Assembly: GCA_028710695.1 (NCBI GenBank)
Contig: JAQTTP010000001.1
Coordinates: 180,001-212,000, forward strand
Source of the DNA: Candidatus Iainarchaeum sp.
GTDB taxonomy: Archaea; Iainarchaeota; Iainarchaeia; Iainarchaeales; 0-14-0-20-30-16
Reading direction: 5' to 3'
DNA: 32,000 nt
The notes under the pieces were generated by a model. It was not told where the DNA came from. It did no database searches and saw only the letters and a list, made by a program, of their open reading frames with translations. Positions 1 through 8,149 of the stretch are shown in pieces; position 1 is the stretch's first letter; each line of letters opens with the position of its first letter. A program made the translations under genes and the position numbers.

Positions 1-789
1 CCGTGGTCTGTTTGGAAGTTGTTGCCTTTCAGTTGATCTGGCTCTTACCCTCATTATAACACTTACTCTGTCAAATCTAAACTTAAAGCCGCTCTTTTCT
101 AGTTCGGCATTTAATTTTCTCGCAATATCATCTAATTTTGTTCCCTTTAAATATTCTGAAAGAATCAAAGCATTTTGTTTTTTTAATTCTCCGATTGAAA
201 AAGAACTCCCTGGAAAAGGTCTTAAGTCTTTTATGTGTTGTGGGACTTCAGATAAATAGTTTACTATTGATGTTATGCTCATGCCAAGTAACTCAGCAAG
301 GTCCTCATTTGAGAGCCTAGGATCTTCTTTTACTAATCTGGCAACTTCTGCAATCTTTGGGTTTACTGGGTCTTGTTTATGTAAAGAATATTCCGCATCC
401 CAATATTTTCTTACTGCTTCTAGATCAGCATCTAACAGCATTTTTCCAGTTTCTCCAGAATATTGTGGAAGACTTAAAACATCACTTATTTGTGCCCCAG
501 CATCTAGCCGTTCTTTAAGATCGTGCCGTCTTGTAATATTTTCTTCTCTTTGCCCTACTATTGCTGCTCTTTTTCCAACTGGCACATGAAGGCCTTCTCT
601 TTCTAAATCCAACAATATTTTCCCTGCTTTTCCATATGAAAAGCCATGTTCTTGAACTAATTCTGTTGCTGTTACGGACCCATGTTTTTTAATGATGTCT
701 AATGCTCGTTTTCTTTCTGTTCGATAATCTTTTATTTGTTGTTTTCGTTCTTGCCCGTATTTCTTTCTCCAACCGGTTCTTATTTTCAT
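1..789 (-). CDS. Partial gene (C-terminus beyond window edge): putative multi-HTH DNA-binding/regulatory protein, starts MKIRTGWRKKYGQERKQQIKDYRTERKRALDIIKKHGSVTATELVQEHGFSYGKAGKILLDLEREG
   Basis: Manual reverse-strand translation from CAT at 787-789 is open for 263 codons to base 1 with no stop; absent from the ORF track. Two HTH-like segments (ATELVQEHGFSYGKAGKILLDLEREG; NEDLAELLGMSITSIVNYLSEV). Confidence 0.7.
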   Translation of the reverse strand, partial: MKIRTGWRKKYGQERKQQIKDYRTERKRALDIIKKHGSVTATELVQEHGFSYGKAGKILLDLEREGLHVPVGKRAAIVGQREENITRRHDLKERLDAGAQISDVLSLPQYSGETGKMLLDADLEAVRKYWDAEYSLHKQDPVNPKIAEVARLVKEDPRLSNEDLAELLGMSITSIVNYLSEVPQHIKDLRPFPGSSFSIGELKKQNALILSEYLKGTKLDDIARKLNAELEKSGFKFRFDRVSVIMRVRARSTERQQLPNRPR

Positions 790-831
790 GTAAAAAATAG
801 GCAAAAGAAGTATAAAAAGCTATTGTGTAGG

Positions 832-1569
832 CTACTTTTTAGACTTGCTGTTCCAAAGGGCATAGAAATAGTCTCTGTGTGTTTGCGCCATTTCTTTGCT
901 GTGTATCATAAAAGCAATAATATTTTCTTTTGATACTAACTTTAGAACTACTTTGTCCCCATATATCCAAACAGTTTGAGGATTGGTAAAAGTTTTTGGA
1001 AGATATTTTACAGAAACAAATTTTTCGGTTATTAATTTTTTGTAATATTTTTTCCCAGTCTCTGTTGGTGTCACTAGAACTTTTCTATGGATTTTTTTGT
1101 TAATTCTCTTTTTATTAAATATATCTAAATATATTGGATAAAGATCTGGCGCATTTCCTGATGACCCAATAGTAAGCCATTCTTTTCCAGTGTTTATTAT
1201 ATCGTCAAAGATTGCTTTTATTCCTTCTTTACCTTCATATGTTTCTGAAAATATGTTTGTTTTCTTTACTTTGTATTTTTCTTCTAAAGCAGAAATTTCA
1301 GTATCAATATTGTTATTATACTCCTCTAAAATGTGTTTAATTTTTTGTGGATTTGTTGCTATAAAATATTTTTTGTTTCCTTTAGAAAAATGAGACACTA
1401 AGCCTTTTTCTATTAACCTGTTTAAGGCATCATATGTCGCCCTTCTATGTAGATTTGTTTTTTTTGATATGTTTGTTGCAATGTCATTTTCTACAGCAAT
1501 TAAGTAATAATAACATTTTATTTCATTAGTAGTTAATCCTATTTGCTTAAGGCCTGAAAAATTATCCAT
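832..1569 (-). CDS. TrmB-family transcriptional regulator (start probably MDNFSGLKQIGLTTNEIKCYYYL at 1569 rather than 1617)
   Basis: N-terminal winged HTH 'LTTNEIKCYYYLIAVENDIATNISKKTNLHRRATYDALNRLIEKGLV' typical of TrmB; C-terminal sensor-like region 'GIKAIFDDIINTGKEWLTIGSSG'. Confidence 0.8.
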   Translation of the reverse strand: MDNFSGLKQIGLTTNEIKCYYYLIAVENDIATNISKKTNLHRRATYDALNRLIEKGLVSHFSKGNKKYFIATNPQKIKHILEEYNNNIDTEISALEEKYKVKKTNIFSETYEGKEGIKAIFDDIINTGKEWLTIGSSGNAPDLYPIYLDIFNKKRINKKIHRKVLVTPTETGKKYYKKLITEKFVSVKYLPKTFTNPQTVWIYGDKVVLKLVSKENIIAFMIHSKEMAQTHRDYFYALWNSKSKK

Positions 1570-1603
1570 ATTGGTATTTATGTCCGAAAAGATTATATTT
1601 GTG

Positions 1604-1617
1604 GTGCTATTAAGCAC
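1604..1617. promoter_or_regulatory. Candidate operator palindrome in TrmB/SBP divergent region
   Basis: GTGCT-ATTA-AGCAC. Confidence 0.4.
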
Positions 1618-1656
1618 ACCATTAATATAAATAGGGGGTCATGTCAGAAAACTAGT

Positions 1657-2745
1657 ATGAAGAAATTGATTTGGATAGTTGGGCTATTATTGATTTTGGT
1701 GCTTGTTTTTGTAACATATTACTCTGTACAAAAAAATGCAATTACTGTGGGCGTAATAATCCCCCTTTCTGGCTCTGTTGCTGATTTGGGTTTACAGTCA
1801 AAAAACGGATTTGATCTTGCAATAAATGAGGGCATAGAATTTGAATTTATTTTTGAGGACTCTGTAGGAGACAAAACTGCAGCAATTAACGCTTATAATA
1901 AATTAGTATCTGCAGATAATGCAAAGATAATAATTTGTCAGTTGGGCGGGGTATGTGATGCTTTGGCAGACATTGCTAAAGATAATGATGTTATTCTGTT
2001 AGGTCTGACGTCAAATGACGATTTTGCTGTAAAAGGAAAAAATATTTTTAATGTGAGAGCAAGTGGTTATGGTATTGGAAAAAGGCTTGCAGAATATTTA
2101 ATAAAAGAAAATTATAATTCTGTTGCTGTTTTATATAATGAGGAACCAACACATGCCGCAATTTTTAAAGGATTTAAAAATTATTTTGAAGAAAAGGGCG
2201 GTAAAGTAGTTTACTCTGGTTTACATAAAAGTGATGAAAAAGAGTTTAAAACTGAATTGCTTAAGGCAAACAATGAAAAACCCGAAGGGTTTGTGTTATT
2301 TTCAAGATATGGAAACCTGATTAATATTATAAAACAAAAAGAAGAATTAGGAATAAACTTGCCAATATTTTCTAATACTGGTGTTGAATCTAAAGAGTTT
2401 ATTGATTCTCTTGGCCCACTTGCAAATGGAATAATCTTTTCAAGTGCTTCCTTTGACTATGATTTAGATTCAGATAAAGTAAAATATTTTATTAGCTTAC
2501 ATGAAAAAATGTTTGGAACAGATATCATTCCATTTTATACTGCTAATGCCTATGAAGTTGTAGACCTATTAAATTACCTAAAAAGTAAAGGCTGTAACAC
2601 AACAAAAGAAATAATTTCTTGTTTAGAAAATTTTGGGGGCTATGAAAGTGTATTGGGAAAAATCTCATTTGATTCTGATGGTGGCGTAATTAGAAACTAC
2701 CTGATTTATCAAATACAAGATGGCGCATTTGTTAAATTAGAATAG
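1657..2745 (+). CDS. Branched-chain-amino-acid-type (LivK-like, type I periplasmic-binding fold) substrate-binding protein, N-terminal TM anchor
   Basis: MKKLIWIVGLLLILVLVFVTYYSV anchor followed by 'ITVGVIIPLSGSVADLGLQSKNGFDLAINE'; 'NAYEVVDLLNYL' near C-terminus. Confidence 0.85.
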   Translation: MKKLIWIVGLLLILVLVFVTYYSVQKNAITVGVIIPLSGSVADLGLQSKNGFDLAINEGIEFEFIFEDSVGDKTAAINAYNKLVSADNAKIIICQLGGVCDALADIAKDNDVILLGLTSNDDFAVKGKNIFNVRASGYGIGKRLAEYLIKENYNSVAVLYNEEPTHAAIFKGFKNYFEEKGGKVVYSGLHKSDEKEFKTELLKANNEKPEGFVLFSRYGNLINIIKQKEELGINLPIFSNTGVESKEFIDSLGPLANGIIFSSASFDYDLDSDKVKYFISLHEKMFGTDIIPFYTANAYEVVDLLNYLKSKGCNTTKEIISCLENFGGYESVLGKISFDSDGGVIRNYLIYQIQDGAFVKLE

Positions 2746-3099
2746 TTATTCTCTCCATTCTGTGTCTTCTGAGAAATTGGCTTTTGTAACAAACAAAAGT
2801 AAACCTTGTTTTCCTGCTTTTACTTCATGCCACTCATTTGGCTTTACAATGAATAGAACTCCTTGCTTTAGTTTTATAACTTGCTTTCCAGATTTAACAG
2901 AACCAGTTCCTTTTAGAACATATTCTGCTTCTTCTTGGCCTTTGTGATAATGTGGTCTTACAGTTGTGTTTGGCTTTATTTTTATATATTGTGTTTTGCA
3001 GAATTTTCCTTGCGCATTTTCTGTTGTCATGAATACTTTTCTAAAGTATCCATAATTTGTTTTTTGCCATTTCATCTTGCTTGGATTTATCTCTTGCAT
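2746..3099 (-). CDS. Small cupin-domain protein
   Basis: Cupin motifs 'RPHYHKGQEEAEYVLKGTGSVKSG' and 'GVLFIVKPNEWHEVKAG'. Confidence 0.8.
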   Translation of the reverse strand: MQEINPSKMKWQKTNYGYFRKVFMTTENAQGKFCKTQYIKIKPNTTVRPHYHKGQEEAEYVLKGTGSVKSGKQVIKLKQGVLFIVKPNEWHEVKAGKQGLLLFVTKANFSEDTEWRE

Positions 3100-3108
3100 A
3101 CTATCACT

Positions 3109-4068
3109 TTAGAAAGGTGCAAAGTTTAGTTTAAGTTCTTTTTTAATATCCAAAACAGAATAATTCTTTATGTATTGCGGGAAATAATTCTTGAATGATT
3201 TGATTATAAAATCTGTTTCATCATCACTTGCAGTTTCAATCTCTAATTCCACATTATGGCTTCCAATACAATTTACATAATACAAAATTGGTGGGTGCCC
3301 TTGTGCAAATATTTCCATGTCACGCAGAATCTTTTCGTTAAAGCTTTGTAATGTAAATAGAATCATTTGGTATGTTCTACCTATTTTCTTTGGATCTATT
3401 GTAATCTTTGGCATTATTACTCCTAAGCTTTTTAGTTTTTTCATTCTGTTTCTTATTGTATCCGGTTTTATTTTTGTTTTTTTGCTTAATTCAATATAAC
3501 TTGCACGTGCATTTAAGGCGAGGGCTTTAATGATCCTTTCATCTTTATTATCTATATTTACTATTTCTTGATCGCCTAAATAGATAAACTCTTTTTTTTC
3601 TATATTTTCTACTAAATAGGATCTAGTAAATAAAGGCGCTTTTGTTAAAATTACCAAGTCCTCGGAATAAATATATACTCCAAATTTATTTTTTAGTCCA
3701 TTATAGAAATTTTTGTAATCTTTTAATTGTTTTGCTAAAAATGAGATAATATAATCATAATTACCTCTTGTGGATACTGCCCAAAAAACGCCTTGTGTTT
3801 TTTTAATAAACTCCTCAAATTCTGCTTCTTTTTCAGAGTTGATGTTTTGTAACCGCAAAAATAGTTTGTAGTGTGTGTTTCCAAGTTTTGCTAAATTGAC
3901 CATTAGCACAAATTTATCAATTATGTTATTTTTTTGTAGTCTTTCAATTCTATATGCTACTGCCTGTTCAGATAGTTTGACTTTTTTAGCAATTTGCTTA
4001 TTTGTTTGTCTACAATCTGCGTCAAGCTCATATAGAATTCTGTTGTCATACTTATCTAAAATCTGCAT
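3109..4068 (-). CDS. Lrp/AsnC-family regulator with two tandem HTH+ligand-domain units
   Basis: 'LDKYDNRILYELDADCRQTNKQIAKKVKLSEQAVAYRIERLQKNNII' and a second 'NKDERIIKALALNARASYIELSKKTKIKPDTIRNRMKKLKSLGVI'. Confidence 0.8.
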   Translation of the reverse strand: MQILDKYDNRILYELDADCRQTNKQIAKKVKLSEQAVAYRIERLQKNNIIDKFVLMVNLAKLGNTHYKLFLRLQNINSEKEAEFEEFIKKTQGVFWAVSTRGNYDYIISFLAKQLKDYKNFYNGLKNKFGVYIYSEDLVILTKAPLFTRSYLVENIEKKEFIYLGDQEIVNIDNKDERIIKALALNARASYIELSKKTKIKPDTIRNRMKKLKSLGVIMPKITIDPKKIGRTYQMILFTLQSFNEKILRDMEIFAQGHPPILYYVNCIGSHNVELEIETASDDETDFIIKSFKNYFPQYIKNYSVLDIKKELKLNFAPF

Positions 4069-4194
4069 ATATTTGTATAATAACTAAAATATATATAAAT
4101 ATTTCTGTTTTATTCCAAATTTTATTAAAAGGCAATATATTGTCAGAAAAACCCAAGTTAAATATACTGGATAATACTAATTGGGGGTTTTCTA

Positions 4195-5307
4195 ATGAAT
4201 AAAAATTATTTGTTTTTTGGAGTAATTGTAATAGTAATTCTTGCTCTGATAATTGGGTTTTCCATTGGTGGCAATAATGATACCTTAAAAGTGGGATTAG
4301 TTGCACCAATGAGTGGAGATGTTTCTATCTGGGGCACTAATGTTTTAGTTGGTGCACAAATTGCTATTGATGAGTTTAACGCCAAGGGCGGACTAAATGG
4401 GCAAAAGATAGAATTAATTGTTGAAGATGGGCAATGCTCTGCAGAAGCGGGGGCTAAAGCATATAGTGCTTTACTTAATGGTAATGATTTAGTTGCTATG
4501 CTTGGACCTGTTTGTTCTGCAGAGGCAAGTGCGGGATTGCCACAAGGGGTGGTAGCAAATATGCCAACTGTAATTGCAACAGCATCTGCACCTGAGTTAA
4601 CGGCTTTGGGAGACAATATATTTAGAGTGTATCCATCTGATACCTTGCAAGGTGGATTTGCTGCAGAATACGTATATAATGTTTTGGGAAAGAAAAAAGT
4701 TGCAATTATTTATGCAAGCAATGCTTGGGGTCAAGGTGTTGCAAATAATTTTAAAACGGCATATCAAAAATTGGGTGGTGAAATAGTTTATTTTGATAAA
4801 GTATCACAAGATGAAGTTGAGGTAAAAGATGTAATTAACAAATCAAAATCAACAAATCCAGATATGTTGTTTTTGCCAATATATCCTAAAACAATAATGG
4901 CAATATTAAAAACAAAAGATGAATTGAATTGGAATATTCCTGTATTGGGTGGGGATGCTACTCTTTCTGAAGAGGTTATTAAAAGTAATTTAGGAAATGA
5001 AATTTTGTTCACACAACCACAATTCAATATCTCTGAAGAACTAAAAGAAAAAGTAAAAAAGAAGAATGGGGAAAACTTTATGATAAATGTTGGTTCTTCA
5101 TTTGGTTATGATGCTGCAATAGTTCTTTTGACTGCATTAGAAAATGCAGATTCCTTAAGTCACGAGGACGTAATAAAAGAATTGGCAAAGACAAAAATCA
5201 GCGGAATTTCAAATTCTGTAATTGAATTTGATGCAGAAGGAGATTTAAAAACAGGGACTTTTGAAGTTCAAATAATAAAAAACAATCAAGCAATTCCGGC
5301 GGAATAA
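4195..5307 (+). CDS. LivK-like ABC substrate-binding protein with N-terminal TM anchor
   Basis: 'MNKNYLFFGVIVIVILALIIGFSIGG' then 'LKVGLVAPMSGDVSIWGTNVLVGAQIAIDEFNAKGGLNGQKIELIVEDGQC'. Confidence 0.9.
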   Translation: MNKNYLFFGVIVIVILALIIGFSIGGNNDTLKVGLVAPMSGDVSIWGTNVLVGAQIAIDEFNAKGGLNGQKIELIVEDGQCSAEAGAKAYSALLNGNDLVAMLGPVCSAEASAGLPQGVVANMPTVIATASAPELTALGDNIFRVYPSDTLQGGFAAEYVYNVLGKKKVAIIYASNAWGQGVANNFKTAYQKLGGEIVYFDKVSQDEVEVKDVINKSKSTNPDMLFLPIYPKTIMAILKTKDELNWNIPVLGGDATLSEEVIKSNLGNEILFTQPQFNISEELKEKVKKKNGENFMINVGSSFGYDAAIVLLTALENADSLSHEDVIKELAKTKISGISNSVIEFDAEGDLKTGTFEVQIIKNNQAIPAE

Positions 5308-5326
5308 TTTCCGCCCCTCTTTTTTT
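5298..5326 (+). terminator. Intrinsic-terminator-like hairpin overlapping the stop codon of the 4195-5307 gene
   Basis: GGCGGAA (5298-5304) - TAAT - TTCCGCC (5309-5315), followed by CCTCTTTTTTT. Confidence 0.55.
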
Positions 5327-5328
5327 AT

Positions 5329-6291
5329 TTAGAACGGAACAAAGTTTAGTTTTAATTCTTCTTTTACTGTAAGTACTGTATAGTTCTTTATATACTTGAA
5401 AAATTGTTTTCTGAAATCATTAATTATTTGCTCAGTTTCTTCATTGTTTTTTGTTTCCATTTCTAATTCTATGTTGTGATTTCCAATACAATTAATATAG
5501 TAAATAATCTCTGGATATCTTGTTGCAAAAGACTGCATTTCTTTTTGTGTTCTTACATCAAAACTCTGCAATGTTATTGTGGCCAAGGTATATGTTCTTC
5601 CAATCTTTTTTTCATCAATAGTTATTTTTGCTCCAGTTATTGCCCCGAGTTTTTTTAATTTGTCATATCTGTTTTTGACTGTGTCGGGGGTTATCCCAGT
5701 GATTTTACCTAGTTCAATATAATTTAATCTTGCGCTGTTTCCTAACGCGTGTAATATTTTTTTGTCTTTTTCATCCAGTATTACCGTTTCTCTTATTCCC
5801 CCATATAATATTTCTCTTTTTTCTGGGCTGTTTTTTAGATATGATCTGTTAAGTAAAGTTCCGTGTGTAAGCAGAGAAAGTTCTTCAGAATAAACATATG
5901 GCCCCCAAATTTCTTTTATTTTGTCATACATCTCTTTATAATCTAATAAATCTTTTGCAAGATATGAAATCACGTAATCATACAAACCTAAAGTTTTTCC
6001 AGCCCAAAAAATATTGTCTTCTTTTTTAATATAATTTATGAACTCTTGCTCTTTTTCTGGCGATATATTTTGTAGTTTTAGATATAATTTATAATGTGTA
6101 TAACCCATTCTTCGGGGGTTAGTCATAAGTACAAATTTTTTTATTACTCCTTCCTTTAGCATTTTGTCTATTCTATATGCTACTGTTTGCTCTGAAACCT
6201 TTGCTTTTTTTGCAAGTTGTTTATTGGTTTGTCTTGAATTTAGATCTAGTTCATAAAGTATAGAATAATCTGTAGGGGTTAAATTAATCAT
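5329..6291 (-). CDS. Lrp/AsnC-family regulator, duplicated HTH/ligand-domain architecture (start likely MINLTPTDYSILYELDL)
   Basis: 'DYSILYELDLNSRQTNKQLAKKAKVSEQTVAYRIDKMLKEGVI' and 'DEKDKKILHALGNSARLNYIELGKITGITPDTVKNRYDKLKKLGAI'; closely similar to the 3109-4068 protein. Confidence 0.8.
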   Translation of the reverse strand: MINLTPTDYSILYELDLNSRQTNKQLAKKAKVSEQTVAYRIDKMLKEGVIKKFVLMTNPRRMGYTHYKLYLKLQNISPEKEQEFINYIKKEDNIFWAGKTLGLYDYVISYLAKDLLDYKEMYDKIKEIWGPYVYSEELSLLTHGTLLNRSYLKNSPEKREILYGGIRETVILDEKDKKILHALGNSARLNYIELGKITGITPDTVKNRYDKLKKLGAITGAKITIDEKKIGRTYTLATITLQSFDVRTQKEMQSFATRYPEIIYYINCIGNHNIELEMETKNNEETEQIINDFRKQFFKYIKNYTVLTVKEELKLNFVPF

Positions 6292-6320
6292 AACATAGAA
6301 TTTGTAGGCAAGATTTATTA

Positions 6321-6337
6321 AATATTTCGGAAATATT
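6321..6337. promoter_or_regulatory. Candidate operator palindrome in Lrp/SBP divergent region
   Basis: AATATTTC-G-GAAATATT, perfect 8+1+8. Confidence 0.45.
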
Positions 6338-6401
6338 CTAAATTTGTCTGTTTGGTACATAAATATTCCTTATAATCAGAATGTAATTGGGGGTATCTAT
6401 T

Positions 6402-7502
6402 ATGAATTTTAAAGCAGTTTTGTTTGGAGTAATAGCATTAATTATCTTGGCAGTAATAATTGGTTTTTCTGTTGGTGGAGATAAAGATGTGATAAAGATT
6501 GGGATCATTGCACCACTGACTGGCGATATTGCAAGCTGGGGCCAAAATGGGCTTGCAGGAGTTGAATTGGCTGTAAAAGAAATAAATGACGCAGGCGGAA
6601 TAAATGGATCTTTAGTTGAATTAATTGTTGAAGATGATAAAAGCACAGATGCAGTAAATCCAGCAAATAAATTAATTAATATAGATAATGTGGATGCATT
6701 AATATTTGCGGGGGGTTCAAATCAAGCTCAACCAATAATACCAATAGTAACTGAAAAACAAATTCCTTTGATTTTGACAGTTGCGTCTAATCCTGATCTT
6801 ACTTTGTCATCTGATTGTGTATTTAGAGTTTATCCTTCTGATACTGCACAGGGGAAATTTGCTGCAGAATATTTGTACAACAACCTTAATGTAAAAAACG
6901 TAGCAGTGATATATGAACAAAATCAGTGGGCAACAGGAGTAAAAGAGGTCTTTGAAAAAGGGTACAAAGGAACAATCGAAGAGGTAATTATTTTACAAAA
7001 ATACCAACAAGATTTTAAGACTGAACTAACAAAATTGGATAGTCTTGACGTAAACTATGTTTATGTTTTGGTATATCCTGAAACTGGAATGGCATTCTTA
7101 AACCAATACAAAACATTTGGATCTGACAAGAAAATATTTGGCGGAGATATGTTTGATAGTGGAGAATTAATAACAAGTGGATTTGCGGATGGGGTGTTAT
7201 ATACTGTGCCTAAAGTTACAACACCGGAATCTTTTAAAGAGGAAATAAAAACAATGCCTGCTTTTTCTACTTTAGAAATATCCTTGGCTGCGCCTTTGGG
7301 TTACGATGCAGCAAAGGTTCTGCTAACTGCTTTGGAAAATGTGGCTCCTTTAAGCTCAGAAAATTTGATAATTGAATTAAAGAAAACAAGTATTGCGGGA
7401 ATGTCAAATTCTCTTATCGAGTTTGATAATCATGGAGATTTAAAAACCCCTGGGTTCGAAGTAAAAATGATAAATAACAAGGAAGCAGTTCCAGTTAAAT
7501 AG
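6402..7502 (+). CDS. LivK-like ABC substrate-binding protein with N-terminal TM anchor (start MNFKAVLFGV)
   Basis: 'IKIGIIAPLTGDIASWGQNGLAGVELAVKEINDAGGINGSLVELIVEDDK'. Confidence 0.9.
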   Translation: MNFKAVLFGVIALIILAVIIGFSVGGDKDVIKIGIIAPLTGDIASWGQNGLAGVELAVKEINDAGGINGSLVELIVEDDKSTDAVNPANKLINIDNVDALIFAGGSNQAQPIIPIVTEKQIPLILTVASNPDLTLSSDCVFRVYPSDTAQGKFAAEYLYNNLNVKNVAVIYEQNQWATGVKEVFEKGYKGTIEEVIILQKYQQDFKTELTKLDSLDVNYVYVLVYPETGMAFLNQYKTFGSDKKIFGGDMFDSGELITSGFADGVLYTVPKVTTPESFKEEIKTMPAFSTLEISLAAPLGYDAAKVLLTALENVAPLSSENLIIELKKTSIAGMSNSLIEFDNHGDLKTPGFEVKMINNKEAVPVK

Positions 7503-7507
7503 GGGGC

Positions 7508-8149
7508 TTATTTTCTCCCCTTATTCTCTTTTATTGTTTTCATAATACTGCGGATGTATTCAGCTCGGTTCTTTGAAATTGTATTAATTTCAGATTGTGG
7601 TTGAATCATAATATGCACTGGAATCTTATTGAAAATAATTTTTACATAAATTTGGTTTGTGATTTTGCTGTCTGTGTCTCTGTGTTTTTGGACGGACCCG
7701 AAAAAGTTTTCTGGATTTTTCATTCCTTTTATTTTTTGTAATTTATATTTTTTTAAAATTAGATCTAAAACTTTGTGGCAGTCTTCCTCCGTTTTTGGTA
7801 GAATTTTTATTCCAATGAAATCTGTTAAAGCGTTTTTTAATTCCTTGCCAACAATTTTACAGTAGTAATATTTTCGATTTATGCTGTGAATAGTTTTTAT
7901 TCTTGAAATATAGTCACAAGAAATTCCAGTAAATTTTATTGCAAATTTTAGTTCTTTTAGAAGCTTTTTTTTGGTGGCAAATAACTCTTTATGGTTTCCT
8001 TTTATAGACCTAATTAGTTTGTATTGCTTTGGAATGGTTAGGCGTAAAATTAGGCTTTTTATGTGGCCAAGAAACATCTCTTTTTTGTGTTTTAGATAAA
8101 TCCATAAAAAGGAATACATGCTGGGCTCCTTTTTTTTATTTCTATTCAC
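7508..8149 (-). CDS. Possible divergent RelA/SpoT-like nucleotidyltransferase domain protein
   Basis: Motif resemblance: 'ISRIKTIHSINRKYYYCKI...ALTDFIGIKILPKTEEDCHKVLDLILKKYKLQKIKGMKNPENFF...VHIMIQPQSE' versus RSH 'R.KS..SI..K....DL.GIRI......CY.V...I....KDYI..P...EIQIRT'. Confidence 0.4.
   Translation of the reverse strand: MNRNKKKEPSMYSFLWIYLKHKKEMFLGHIKSLILRLTIPKQYKLIRSIKGNHKELFATKKKLLKELKFAIKFTGISCDYISRIKTIHSINRKYYYCKIVGKELKNALTDFIGIKILPKTEEDCHKVLDLILKKYKLQKIKGMKNPENFFGSVQKHRDTDSKITNQIYVKIIFNKIPVHIMIQPQSEINTISKNRAEYIRSIMKTIKENKGRK

Noticed and set aside
138-589. Plus-strand ORFs at 138-320 and 275-589
   Set aside because: Antisense to the open minus-strand HTH gene (1-789).
4206-4616. 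Minus-strand 136-aa ORF
   Set aside because: Antisense to a well-supported substrate-binding protein gene.
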